A stretch of 60,837 bases of DNA, counting the filler, from Dirinaria sp. TL-2023a (lineage: Eukaryota), in NCBI GenBank assembly GCA_051941275.1. It is 8 parts of 8 records of this genome, joined end to end, with 100 filler letters (N's around TTAATTAATTAA, not from the genome) between each part and the next. Parts side by side here need not be neighbours in the genome. Positions count along the whole stretch, not along the records: positions 7,647 to 15,184 come from JAVEBF010001299.1; positions 15,285 to 22,816 come from JAVEBF010001300.1; positions 22,917 to 30,434 come from JAVEBF010001301.1; 5 more parts are not named here. One strand, given 5' to 3'. This document shows, piece by piece, positions 12,593-23,547 of the stretch (positions are counted from its first letter, which is position 1; the number at the start of each line of letters is the position of its first letter). The position numbers and the translations under genes are program-made. The notes beneath the pieces were generated by a model. That model made no database searches. It was not told the origin of the DNA and worked only from the letters and a program-made list of their open reading frames with translations.

Positions 12593-15180
12593 ATGGCGGT
12601 GCAGTCGACTCTACGTCTACCCAGCGATCGCTTTCCCCCATACCTCCGAGAATGGATCGATCTCGTGCGCTCGACTTGGAAGACCCAATCGAATACAGCG
12701 CGGCTTGGGGCAACTTTGGCGCTGACTTTGTCTATCATCCTCACAACATACGCCGGACGACGATGGCTGAAGAGAAGGAAAGAGGAGAGAGCACGAGATA
12801 AACATCTTTTGCGGCGCAATTCTGGGTTACGAGGCAAGGATGGTTCGAGGACAATCTTCGTCCCCTACCGTTCGTCGACCGCCAAAGTCACAATCTATCC
12901 GACCAAAGCCACAACCTTTGACGCCCACAGAAGGCTTTTTCTAAACCCACCAAGGGCGACGCGGTTAGGAGATGAACAGGTCGGCTTAGTGCCTCCTCAA
13001 AACACCAAACCAGGTCTCAACATTGCTTTCATACATCAATTTCTGAGTTTGCTGAGTATTATGATACCCCGGTGGAGTAGTAGGGAGTCTGGGTTGCTGC
13101 TCAGCCAGGCGGGATTTCTGCTGTTGAGGACATACCTATCGCTGGTGGTGACAAGGCTTGATGGAGAGATTGTGCGTGATTTGGTAGCCGGCAATGGCAA
13201 GGGTTTTCTCTGGGGCATAGTAAAGTGGTGCGGTATTGGAGGTAAGCTAGCAAAGTCGATAGACATACACTGGATGGCAGAGTATTGACTTGACTAGGCT
13301 TCGCATCCTACACGAATGCCGCTATCAAGTTTCTTCAGAGCAAAGTCTCCATAGCGTTCCGAACCCGACTGACACGGTACATTCACGACCTTTACCTCAA
13401 CGACAATTTGAATTACTATAAGCTTCTGAATTTGGACGGCGGGATAGGTCAAGGCGCCGATCAATTTATCTGCAATGACCTCACCCTCTTCACCGAGTCT
13501 GCTGCATCCCTATACTCCTCGATAGGCAAACCCCTTGTCGACTTATTCGTTTTCAACTACCAACTCTTCCGCTCTCTGGGCCCATTGGCTCTGACCGGTC
13601 TCCTTGCTAATTATATAATCACAGCCACCGCTCTGCGGCGCCTGTCACCCCCCTTTGGAAAACTAAAAGCCGTTGAAGGTCGCCGTGAAGGAGATTTTCG
13701 CGGTCTGCACTCTCGGCTGATTGCCAACGCTGAAGAAGTAGCGTTCTATGGCGGTGCAGAAATGGAGAAAGTATTCCTGGACAAAGGATTCAAGGATCTG
13801 AAAGTCTGGATGGAGGGCATCTACCGACTCAAGATCCGGTACAATATGCTTGAAGATTTTGTCCTCAAGTACTCCTGGTCCGCTTTCGGCTACCTGATTA
13901 CTTCTCTGCCTGTCTTCCTCCCTGAATGGGGCGGGTTAGCTCCTTCTTCAACGCCAAGCTCGTCTCACTTTGAAACTCAAGAACACCGCTCCAACGCTCG
14001 CATGCAAGCCTTCATAACCAACAAACGCCTCATGCTCTCTCTCGCCGACGCCGGCGGCAGAATGATGTATAGCATCAAAGACCTGTCCGAACTTGCCGGC
14101 TACACATCCCGCGTGTACACACTCATTAGCACCCTCCACCGTGTCCACGCTTCTGCCTACTACCCACCCCGTGGCACTCGCCCGGAACCGTACTCCCTCG
14201 CGGACATCGACGGCGTGGTCCAGCGGGGCTATTCGGGCGTGCGCTTCGAAAACGTACCGCTCGTTGCCCCCGCAGTGTATCCCCACAGTGGGACCTTACT
14301 CCTCAGCCCTTCGCTGAACTTCACCCTGCCAGCCGGAGCCCACACGCTGATCACGGGCCCCAACGGCGCGGGCAAATCCTCGATTGCCCGGCTCCTCGCC
14401 GGTCTCTGGCCGGTCTACCAGGGCCTCGTCTCCCGCCCTCGCAGACCCAGCGGCATCCTTTTCCTCCCGCAGCGCCCGTACCTCCCCAGCGGAACCCTGC
14501 GGGACCAAGTCATCTACCCGAGCCGCGAGATGGACATGCGGGACAGCGGGCGCACAGACGCGGATCTGCAGCACATCCTCGACGCCGTGCACCTGGGCTA
14601 CCTGCCCGAACGGGAAGGCGGGTGGGACGCGCGCAAGGAGTGGAAGGATGTCCTCAGCGGAGGCGAGAAGCAGCGCATGGGCTTCGCACGCGTCGGGTGG
14701 TGGCGACCGGGCTGGGTCGTGGCGGACGAAGCCTCCTCTGCCGTCAGCGCCGATGTGGAAGGGGTGCTGTATGAGCGGTGCAAAGAGTGGGGCGCGACTC
14801 TGATTGTCATCAGTACCAGGGTCAGCTTGAAGCGGTATTGTAAATGGAGTTTAACCCTGCATGGCATCGGTGCCCAGCAGCAGCAGCAGGGGAGCGAGTA
14901 TGGGGATGGACACGATGATGAGGAGGAGGATGAGCAGCCGGAATGGGGCTTCGAGAGGATCGGGACGGTGGAGGAAAGAGGTGGTGTGGAGAAGGAGCTG
15001 GGTGAGCTTCGAGAGATTCTGGCGAATGTGGACGGGTGGAGACGGCGGAGAGTGGAGATCGAGAGGGAGCTCGGCGCCGTGTGGGTTAAGGAGGATGGTG
15101 ATGAGGGCGAGGGCAAGGTGCTTGAGAAACCGCCCTATGTGAGTGATGCAGGTAATGATGAGGTCGAGAGGGAGAATTGA
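12593..15180 (+). CDS. PXA1: Peroxisomal ABC half-transporter (ABCD family, Pxa1 type), 2 exons
   Basis: RTYLSLVVTRLDGEIVRDLV; intron ~13242-13297; EAA motif NAEEVAFYGG; Walker A GPNGAGKSS; LPQRPY; signature LSGGEKQR; Walker B ADE. Confidence 0.92.
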
Positions 15181-15184
15181 AAGG

Positions 15185-15284
15185 NNNNNNNNNNNNNNNN
15201 NNNNNNNNNNNNNNNNNNNNNNNNNNNNTTAATTAATTAANNNNNNNNNNNNNNNNNNNNNNNNNNNNNNNNNNNNNNNNNNNN
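15185..15284. other. Artificial contig spacer
   Basis: N44-TTAATTAATTAA-N44. Confidence 0.98.
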
Positions 15285-15365
15285 GTGGAAGAGGGCGGGA
15301 GGGGTTAATGAAGCGTGGACCGAGATTACCGAGCTTAGTAGGGGATGAAGTTCCTTTTGTGACAT
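15285..15365 (-). CDS. Possible first exon of an unidentified gene cut by the contig end (MSQKELHPLLSS...)
   Basis: ATG in good context (ACCATCATG) after a C/A-rich leader, followed by a GTAATC donor, an ATTAAC branch-like site and a pyrimidine tract. No family recognised. Confidence 0.3.
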
Positions 15366-16988
15366 GATGGTTGCGGTTGGATGTTTGTGAATTTGTGGGA
15401 CTAGGATGGTAACTTGGGCGAAAAGCAAGGAATAGGAAATAGGGGTGTTTGTACTTGATGCTTTTGCATCATGGAATGAAAGGGCACATGGTGCAAGATT
15501 AGATCTGCTTGATATATTGAATGTAGTCATCCTGGAAGACAGAGATTTAGAATATGTTTCAGGAAGATATTTTGAATGTAAACCACCGGCTCTTGGTCCG
15601 ACACTGAACGAGTCTGAACTGGCAAGAGAGCTTTCGTAAAGCGTTGAAAAGAGTCGTATACGCAACGCCTTCTGGAAATCACTTAGACAATGTCTTCGAT
15701 ACACTTCAACCTGGTAGAAAAAACCCAAAAAGAGAAAAAGCGGAAAAAAGCAGAGAGAAGTTCCTGGCAAGATGGTGAGAAGAGTAATCCTACCTTGCGC
15801 TGCACGAACAACACACCATGTACGCTGAACGCAGAGCTTCATCACCTACCACCCTAGCAGGATCCAATCGATCATGCGATAACGTCTCAAATAAATCCGA
15901 GTACCTTTCTTCTTCCTTCAAGAATATTCCTTTCTTCCTTGGTCCCTTCGGTCTGAGTGAAAGTTGCACGGGATGTTAATCTTGAAAAGAAGCGCTAGCC
16001 AGATCCGGTCTAAAGCGGCCACATTCCCGATTGTTCACGCTTAGTATTGTTCCTCGACGATCATTGTTATTCCTCTTGAGACCGACACTCCATTCCATTT
16101 TGAAATACAGAGAGGGGAGGGGATGGGTGTTTGTGAAGTCTCTTGGAATCGTCATTTCATAGATAGATGTTTGTCGATGTGCTTGAGCGGGACAATGCTT
16201 TCGTGGAAGCGAAAAAGATAAATATCACAATTGGCATTTCTGAATTCTCTGTTCTCTCTCCCTTTCATTATCATCATCAACGCAGCGCCATCGATACGAT
16301 GCGCGTTTGACATTCATAATTGTTGCGTTACTAGGTAGTCTTTCTTGAAAGAAATGAGAGATGGATGTACCCGCGCTACAGAAAAAGGGTTAGGCCTATC
16401 TTCTGCGGATGGTCACGATCAACCCTTGATGCAATCACCGATCACAACTCACCATCTTGATGTCTTCAAAAATTTTCCAGCACGCCATTGAAGCATGTAC
16501 AGGATTTCCCATTGAGAAAAACGGGGTTAGCGTATCTACAAACCCTGGGGTAAAAGGTAAGGTATCTGAAAGGTACTCCCTTTTTCAAAGCGAAAGCCTG
16601 GTACTCTGAATGAACAGATGGCATGAATTGACTCAGAAGTATGAATGCGGGATGGATCAAGGTACGAGTACTCTCGTACTTTGACTTGTGTGCATTGACA
16701 GATTTTGATTGTCTTGTCAAATTGAAAAGCTACTGTACTCGTACTTATTATTTTTGGGCCACCTGATCAGAGGAGGAATTTTCCGGGGAGCGAGTAGGAA
16801 TGGAAGATATAAACTCGTGGACAAAGAAAATCGGCTTGAGCTCTCTCGATCTAGAGACTTTTAAGATTGTGCAAACTATCGGGACTTATCATCTATCGTG
16901 GATTCTATGAACAACTAAGACTCTATCTTCCAACTAATGCTTGCATCTAATGAAAGAGCTGTAATGTAGTTGTGTGCAGCCAGCAGTT

Positions 16989-19900
16989 TCAGGTGTATAT
17001 CTCCTCCGTCAACGGATTCAGACTCACGCCCTCCTTCGCAATGTCCTCTTTGATCAGGAACAGCAGTGGCATCTCGACCAGGGTGCCCCGGATAGTACTG
17101 AGGAGATCCTTGACTTCGCGTACGCCTTGCGGGCCCGGCGAAAAGTCCTCTGCTACGACATGGCCCCACTGGTACTTGGCCGGCTTCTTCTTGCCGAGCT
17201 TCCCATCCGCTTCCTCGTCTGCGTCGTGGAAAAATCGCTCGTAGAATGCGTCGTAGTCCTTCCACGTTCGCACGTCATCATGAGGCACCGGGTGGAAGAC
17301 TTTGCCAAAAGCATACGTGTTCCGCCGGGCTTGTTCGTTCCACTGGTTGAGGAAAGCATCGGCCAGAGGGTCCGTGACCAATCGATCAGGGTCCGAGCCA
17401 AAGTCGTACGCGTTGGGAACGCCGATAGGCTCAAAATTCTGGTCTGGTCGTTCCATGTGCTGGGCAGGGATGAGACCCAGATGCTTGCGGAACAGCTGCC
17501 GGCGGAGAGTGGCCGCGAACTTGCTCGCCCGCCATGGCCTTCCATCCATGTATGAGTCCAGCGGGGTGGGATCCTCGATAACGCATGCAATCTCCGAATC
17601 ATGGTCTCCGAGCTGTGAACGATCGTTGAGATTCGCGGAGCCACATATAGCAACGCGATCATCAGCTATCAGGACCTACGTAATCATCAGCACGCCGTAC
17701 ATTCTTGCGCCGCATGGAATTTAAATACCTTCGAATGTACGTATAGCTCTTCGCTAACAAATGCATCCATCTCCGAGAGCTCACCATTCTCCCAGGGTAC
17801 GCTTCGAATGTCCGGTCCGTTCAGCATGTAACATTCGCTTACTGTATCCCACCGCCCGTCACTCAGGCCTGGACGAGAAGTCATGCTTGCAGCTGCTTTT
17901 TGGTACCTCTGATAGTTCTCATTCGGGGAGCCTTGTCCTTGGGGAATGTCCGCGGGGAGCTCGACGGCGGCATCGAGACCTTTACGAGCATCCTCGTAGC
18001 TGACGCCGCTTATGCGCTCAGCCTCACTCATAGATGCGCTTGAATTGATACGATCGTAGTTGCGCAGATTGTAGAACCGGATATACTGAGTGGGATCAAA
18101 GCCCGCATCAGCAATGGTCTCCATGATGCTGTGACCGCCACGGTTGATGGAATTATATTGAAACTCCATAATGGCTCGCGTACCCAAGCTAGAGTCGTCC
18201 TTGAGATCTCCTGCAAATGCTGGGATGGCCGGCATCACAACGATGATTTTGTACTTCTCGCCAGCTCTTGCTGCTCGCAAAATTCGCTCAACAATGGCGG
18301 CGCCAATCAGGTTCTTGATGGGTTTTTGCTTGTCGCCCGTTGCTGTGATGAAGAACTGATTCTCGATGTATACAAAATGCAAGCTGTTGCGGATGATTTC
18401 GCAATACGCGTTCTGGATGGAATGCTCTGTAGGAACCCCATGACTCCACTTGGAACAGCTTCGAACGATCTGACAGGGGATACCACCCATCTGCGGACCA
18501 TGCTGACGGGTTTCATATCCAGCGTATCTTTGTTGAGCGTGGTGTATGCCCGATTCGATTCGCTCGCCATACCTCTGTTCCATGCGCTGCATACCCGATT
18601 CAAAGCGGCCTCCTAGAGCTCGAGCCTCCTCCTCATATCGCTCGTGGTGATGATGTGGTCTGTTATGATGTGATTCGCCAGGCCCACGTTCTCCAGCGCC
18701 TTCAGTCTCATCCAGACCACGCGAGGCAGAAGGAGGAGGGGGAAAGTACGGGCCTGCTGGTTGCTGTGACCCTGGTTGTGCTGCGCCGCTTGCGCCATAG
18801 CCTTGATAGCCACCCTGCCCGTATGACGCCTGGCCTGGTTGGCCAGGAGGGTAATTCGGGCTCTGGGTTGGAGGTTGTTGACCTTGACCGTATTGTGCGT
18901 AAGCTTGTGATTCACTGGGATTCTGCGAGCCAGACGATGGTCTATACGGCTGATATTGCTGCGGGCCTGGACCTGTTGCCGAGGAATGGCCATAAAAAGC
19001 TTGCGATTGGTACGGTCGATTCTCGGCAGAAGGCCGGACGACATCCTGCTGTGGGTTGGCCCCCAAGACCTGAGATCCTAGCGCAAGCCTATGATATCGA
19101 GCTTCTTTTCGGACGTCATATTTCTCATTATAGATGAAGTTCCATCGTTGAACAAAATGTTCTCTCAGATCCTCCACGACTGGTCCGTGCAAGCTGATTG
19201 AAATGTCAGACCAGCCCATTCTTGAACTGGTCTTCCGATCAAGCTTATTATTTTCCCAATGAGCCACATCTTGGAAGTCAGCAATTCGCGCATTGTTCCA
19301 GTCTTGGCCTGGGAAAACAATATCATCCAGGTTGCCAGGATGACAATCAGCGATGGGATGTTGATTGAGATCCCAGCGTCCGAAACAAAGATCGAGACCA
19401 CCCATAAAGGCTGTCTGGCCATCGATAAGGCATAGCTTCTCATGGTGCGCCCAGTACAGAATAACATCTTCATTCATACCATAGATCGCTTTCAGAGCAT
19501 CAGCGGGCAGGCTTGCTGCCTTCTTTGCTGTAAGCGACAGGTTCTGCAAGGAGGATAGAAAAGATGACTGCAAGGTCTGGGCATCAGGAAGGTGGTCAGG
19601 GTGCCGGAACACGCAGATGTTTGGATGTAAATTCTCCAGGTGGTGTTTTGTGTGACTTGAAGAGACTGGTAGAATAGGAGCCATCAGCGGATTTTCTGCC
19701 TCTACCTGCTCAAGAGCTGCAAACGTCGCAGCAAGCCCCAAGCCGCTGAGTGATCTTGTGAAAGGGTCGGTTGAGTGAGGGAGCAGGGAATGTAGGTACT
19801 TTGGAAGAGTAGGCGTAATGTACTTACGAGTGAGAGCCTGTGTGACTTCCTTGTAAACAATGATATTGATCTGTACCCCACGCTGAGCTGCAGCTTGGAG

Positions 19901-20734
19901 CATGCGGTCAAGACGGTACTGCTCGTTCTTGGAAGGTGGTCTCCGTAGGTAGAGTTCCGGGGAAAGCCACCCTAAACATCATCTTCATTAGCATCCTCGA
20001 GCGAGATAGATCTCCCGAGCATTGAAAATGTATCTCAATTATAATCAGAATACGTAGTCTTAGCCAGAAGATACGAGTACAGTAGCCAGTGAAAGAAACG
20101 GCCAGCAATCCTCAAACTATCACCAATGAAAATTCCCATATCTGAGGATCCGACCTAGAAGAGCATTCGAAAACCTTGGGAGGGGGGTGGAAACAAGAAA
20201 GGAAATAAGTGCGTTGATGGAGATCATGAGCTTGTACCATGATCCCTTGTGTACCATTGGGTTGAGCGGGATAAGCGAGGCAGACTTACAATCCAGGATC
20301 CAGATCGATTCCCTGGCACGCTCGATGGCAATTGAGACGGCCCACATGTAGCCGCAACCATCGACATACCATTTCACATCATTGCCATACTGCTGCCGTG
20401 CAAAGCTGCCGAAACGATTTTGAGAAGTCGCTTCAGGCCCCACTGAGTACTGGGCCTGCCCCGACTGTCCATGTTCTCGACCAGAGAGCCTTTGATTCAG
20501 CTCGGCTCCGATTTCGTGAACGGCTCCTTGCAGCTTGTTGAAGATGGATGCTCCCAAGCCAGAACTAGATCCTGAGGTAGACTGCGGCTGCTGGTATTTG
20601 CTTCGGAATTTACGGTAAGTGTCACCAATGATGCCACGTTCGCCGCCTTCGTTCCCTTCATCACCTCCTTCCTGAGGTCCGCGCTCATGGTATTCCCCAT
20701 ACGCCAATGGATCTTCTCGTTCATTCCCTGCCAT
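16989..20734 (-). CDS. Phospholipase D (two HKD motifs, no recognisable PX/PH domains; PldA-type)
   Basis: VKWYVDGCGYMWAVS, WILD|WWLSPELYLRRPP, HHEKLCLIDGQTAFMGGLDLCFGRWD, VYIENQFFIT, YVHSK|VLIADDRVAICGSANLNDRSQLGDHDSE, C-terminal EIYT. Introns at 20289-19972, 19827-19666 and ~17728-17676. Confidence 0.95.
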
Positions 20735-21546
20735 GTCTCTTTCTCAATAGCGTTGGGAATGTGCTATGGTCGTGGTGAGAGGCAGAAAAGGTCTCTACCA
20801 GCAGATGACCTGGATATGCTACCTTGATTCACGGTATAAGCTTATTCTGCCACGTATTCTGTTCCTTCCTCAATCCCTTTGGGCATGAATGTTCTCGGTG
20901 AAGTCCGTGATCAGCTGCGGGGATTTCGGGTGCCTTATGACCTACTTTACTTAAAATTGATCATAAGGTACTCGTATTTGCAGGCTCTCGGGGCGACAAA
21001 ACAGCTCGGACAGTAAGCCTAGCCGAAAGCGCTAACCAAATCTTCCCCCGAATCTCTGGCCGGGGGTGCCTGAGGTGCTTTCTATTCTCCTATTCGACCT
21101 CCTTATTCGTACTACTTCGTTCTTTCTTCGGTGAAGTAGATCAGAAAATGATAGCTTATAGGTACTTCAATTGCAATTTTGATTAGTCTAGAAGGGGCGT
21201 AAACATCAACTTAATATCTTCTCGGTCAGGTTCACTGTCCGTCAAGTTTGATCAACCAGGAATCGCGCCTGGTATCGGACTCCCCCAGACACTTCTCGGA
21301 CATGGAGCTCCTGTTCGTATTGCTTTACAGTAGTCCCCGCTGAATATTCAGCCAATCACAGCCGAGGCTCGGCTCTGGCTTCTCAAGCCTGGCTATCGGC
21401 ATGCGGTTAGTCAGCCAGCAATGCTAACCTCAAGCCCCTCCGCCTGGTTTACAGGACTAAGGCAGTCTCGGCCAGCTCGGATACGATGCTGTGACGCCAT
21501 GACGATATAATGGCGTGTGGAGCTCACTCGCTCTCCTTCAAGCACC

Positions 21547-22249
21547 ATGGCTTCATCAGCTCGTCGACTAGCGCGACCTTCATCTCTGCTTGTAAGAACC
21601 TTGGTGCAACAAAATACCAAGAGACCCTTCCACGTCTGCCCTCCACTCGCAGCCAAAATGTCCGATATTTCTACGCTGGATGCAAGCAAGAACTCATTGC
21701 CTTATTAGCGACATCGCGCTGACCATAATGGTAGAGCACCCTCGCTGGCCCTGCTGGTCGCATGCCAATCCAAGCACACACCCTATTCGAGGCAAAGGCC
21801 AAAAAGGGGATGACATTCGAGGACATTGCGAAGCAACTGGGGCGCAACGAAGTTGCCGTCGCCGCCATCTTCTACGGCCAGGCCCAGACGAACGATGAAG
21901 ATGTCGAGAAGCTGTCCGCCATTCTCGACATCAATCATGGCGAGCTTTCCAAGCAGTTGGCTGGGTTCCCGTTCCGAGGTCAGGTCATGGATATGCCGCC
22001 AAAGGAACCCCTCATCTACCGGCTGTACGAGATCGTGCAAAACTATGGGTATGCGTACAAGGCAATCCTCAACGAGAAGTTTGGAGATGGTATCATGAGC
22101 GCTATCTCCTTCTCGACCAAGGTGGAGAAAGAGACTGATAAGGACGGCAACAAGTGGGCTGTCATCACAATGCGAGGCAAATGGTAGGTGTTGAGTGATG
22201 TTTGCGGGATCCACTGACAACGCACAGGCTTCCGTTTTCGCGTTTCTAG
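21547..22249 (+). CDS. cyn1: Cyanate hydratase (cyanase), 3 exons. Conventional start at 21658; in-frame upstream ATG at 21547
   Basis: [69 protein letters not shown]. Introns 21682-21734 (GC-AG) and 22184-22227. Confidence 0.95.
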
Positions 22250-22769
22250 CGACAGAATCAACTTGGTCAAGTGTAGATTCATATATACGATGGAAAAAGC
22301 AACGTAAAGTAGTAAAAATGAGAAATAGAACTTAGCTCAAGTGAAGTGATCATTCTCTTTCCTAATAACGTTCAATTCTCGGATTCACATTCTGCCATGT
22401 GCCGAAGTGTGTGCATTTACTCCCTCATTCGCAGGCCGAAGTTCAATAAATGTTGTCAGACGCGCCTTCTCTCGCCAGTCTCCCATGCCAACCACCTCAA
22501 TAATACAACAACAGTTGCACGCAACGCTTTGCAGACCCCTCCATGTAGATCCCTACATGGAGCTCCCTCCATCAATTGCTTCCCACGCATTCCACCCCAC
22601 ACGCATTCGCTACTTCCAGTAATGTCCCTTCACTTCCTCGTACAATACCTTCCATGATTCCCATCTCGCCCCTCTCCAAAAGTCCTCTCCTCTCACCACA
22701 ACCAAAACGACCAAAACAATAGCGCCAGAAAAAACAACAACAACAGGCCCCTGTCCCCGCCACCCAAAA

Positions 22770-22816
22770 ATGGGTCAAACACACTCCAAACGCAACTCCA
22801 ACACCTCCAGCACCAC
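22770..22816 (+). CDS. Start of a probably N-myristoylated protein (MGQTHSKRNSNTSST...), cut by the contig end; resembles Ppz-type phosphatase N-termini
   Basis: CAAAAATGG start context after a C/A-rich leader; MGxxxSK myristoylation consensus. Only 15 codons are visible. Confidence 0.35.
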
Positions 22817-22916
22817 NNNNNNNNNNNNNNNNNNNNNNNNNNNNNNNNNNNNNNNNNNNNTTAATTAATTAANNNNNNNNNNNNNNNNNNNNNNNNNNNN
22901 NNNNNNNNNNNNNNNN
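22817..22916. other. Artificial contig spacer
   Basis: N44-TTAATTAATTAA-N44. Confidence 0.98.
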
Positions 22917-23547
22917 TTATGTCCTAGGGTGTTGAGGTGGGAAAGGAAAGGAAAAAAAGAAGGGGGGGGGAAGAAGGAATTTCTGTGCCTTTAGACGAGT
23001 GAAGTACCTAGTTGGTAAAAGCAAAAATAGATCCAGAATGAAGATGTACTAGTAATCCCTTTGATTCTGAATGCAATGGTATTGGAAAACCGATGTTAGA
23101 AGCAATACTAGCTACTTAGTAGCGGGTTTTGATTTTGGGTTTGGGGGATAGCTAAAGTGCTCTCCGCGTGTGTTGATAAAAACAGGCAGAGCAAGGGGTA
23201 TTTACATATCTACTACCACTACTCTCCTGCCGCCACACGTATTGGGCATAAACTCTCCAGAGAGAGAGAGGAGAAAAAAAAAATAACACTGTGTTCAAGC
23301 CCTAGCCTGTGTCATGGATCCGCGCTCATCATCATCGTCGTCGTCGTTCGACTCCGTTCACGCACGCAGAGCAATACCTCATCCGCCGTTTGTGACCGTA
23401 GACGCATGCCGAGGGATTTAGGTTGTGGTGGAGATCTCTAGGGGTAATTAGCAACGCTGAAAGGGGCTGTTTCCATTAGGTATGCACCGAAGTTGCGTGC
23501 CATTGCTCTGTGGATTTGTGACACAGCTTATGCCGAGGGAAGCCAGA

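Noticed and set aside
14800..14830. PXA1 H-loop reads ISTR rather than ISHR
   Set aside because: As I recall, this is the usual state in filamentous-fungal Pxa1-type subunits, so it is not specific to this genome.
15237..15845. 202-aa ORF running into the spacer, plus many antisense or overlapping ORFs inside GC-rich genes
   Set aside because: They have non-ATG starts and no recognisable motifs. They are shadow ORFs of high-GC3 coding sequence or UTR read-through.
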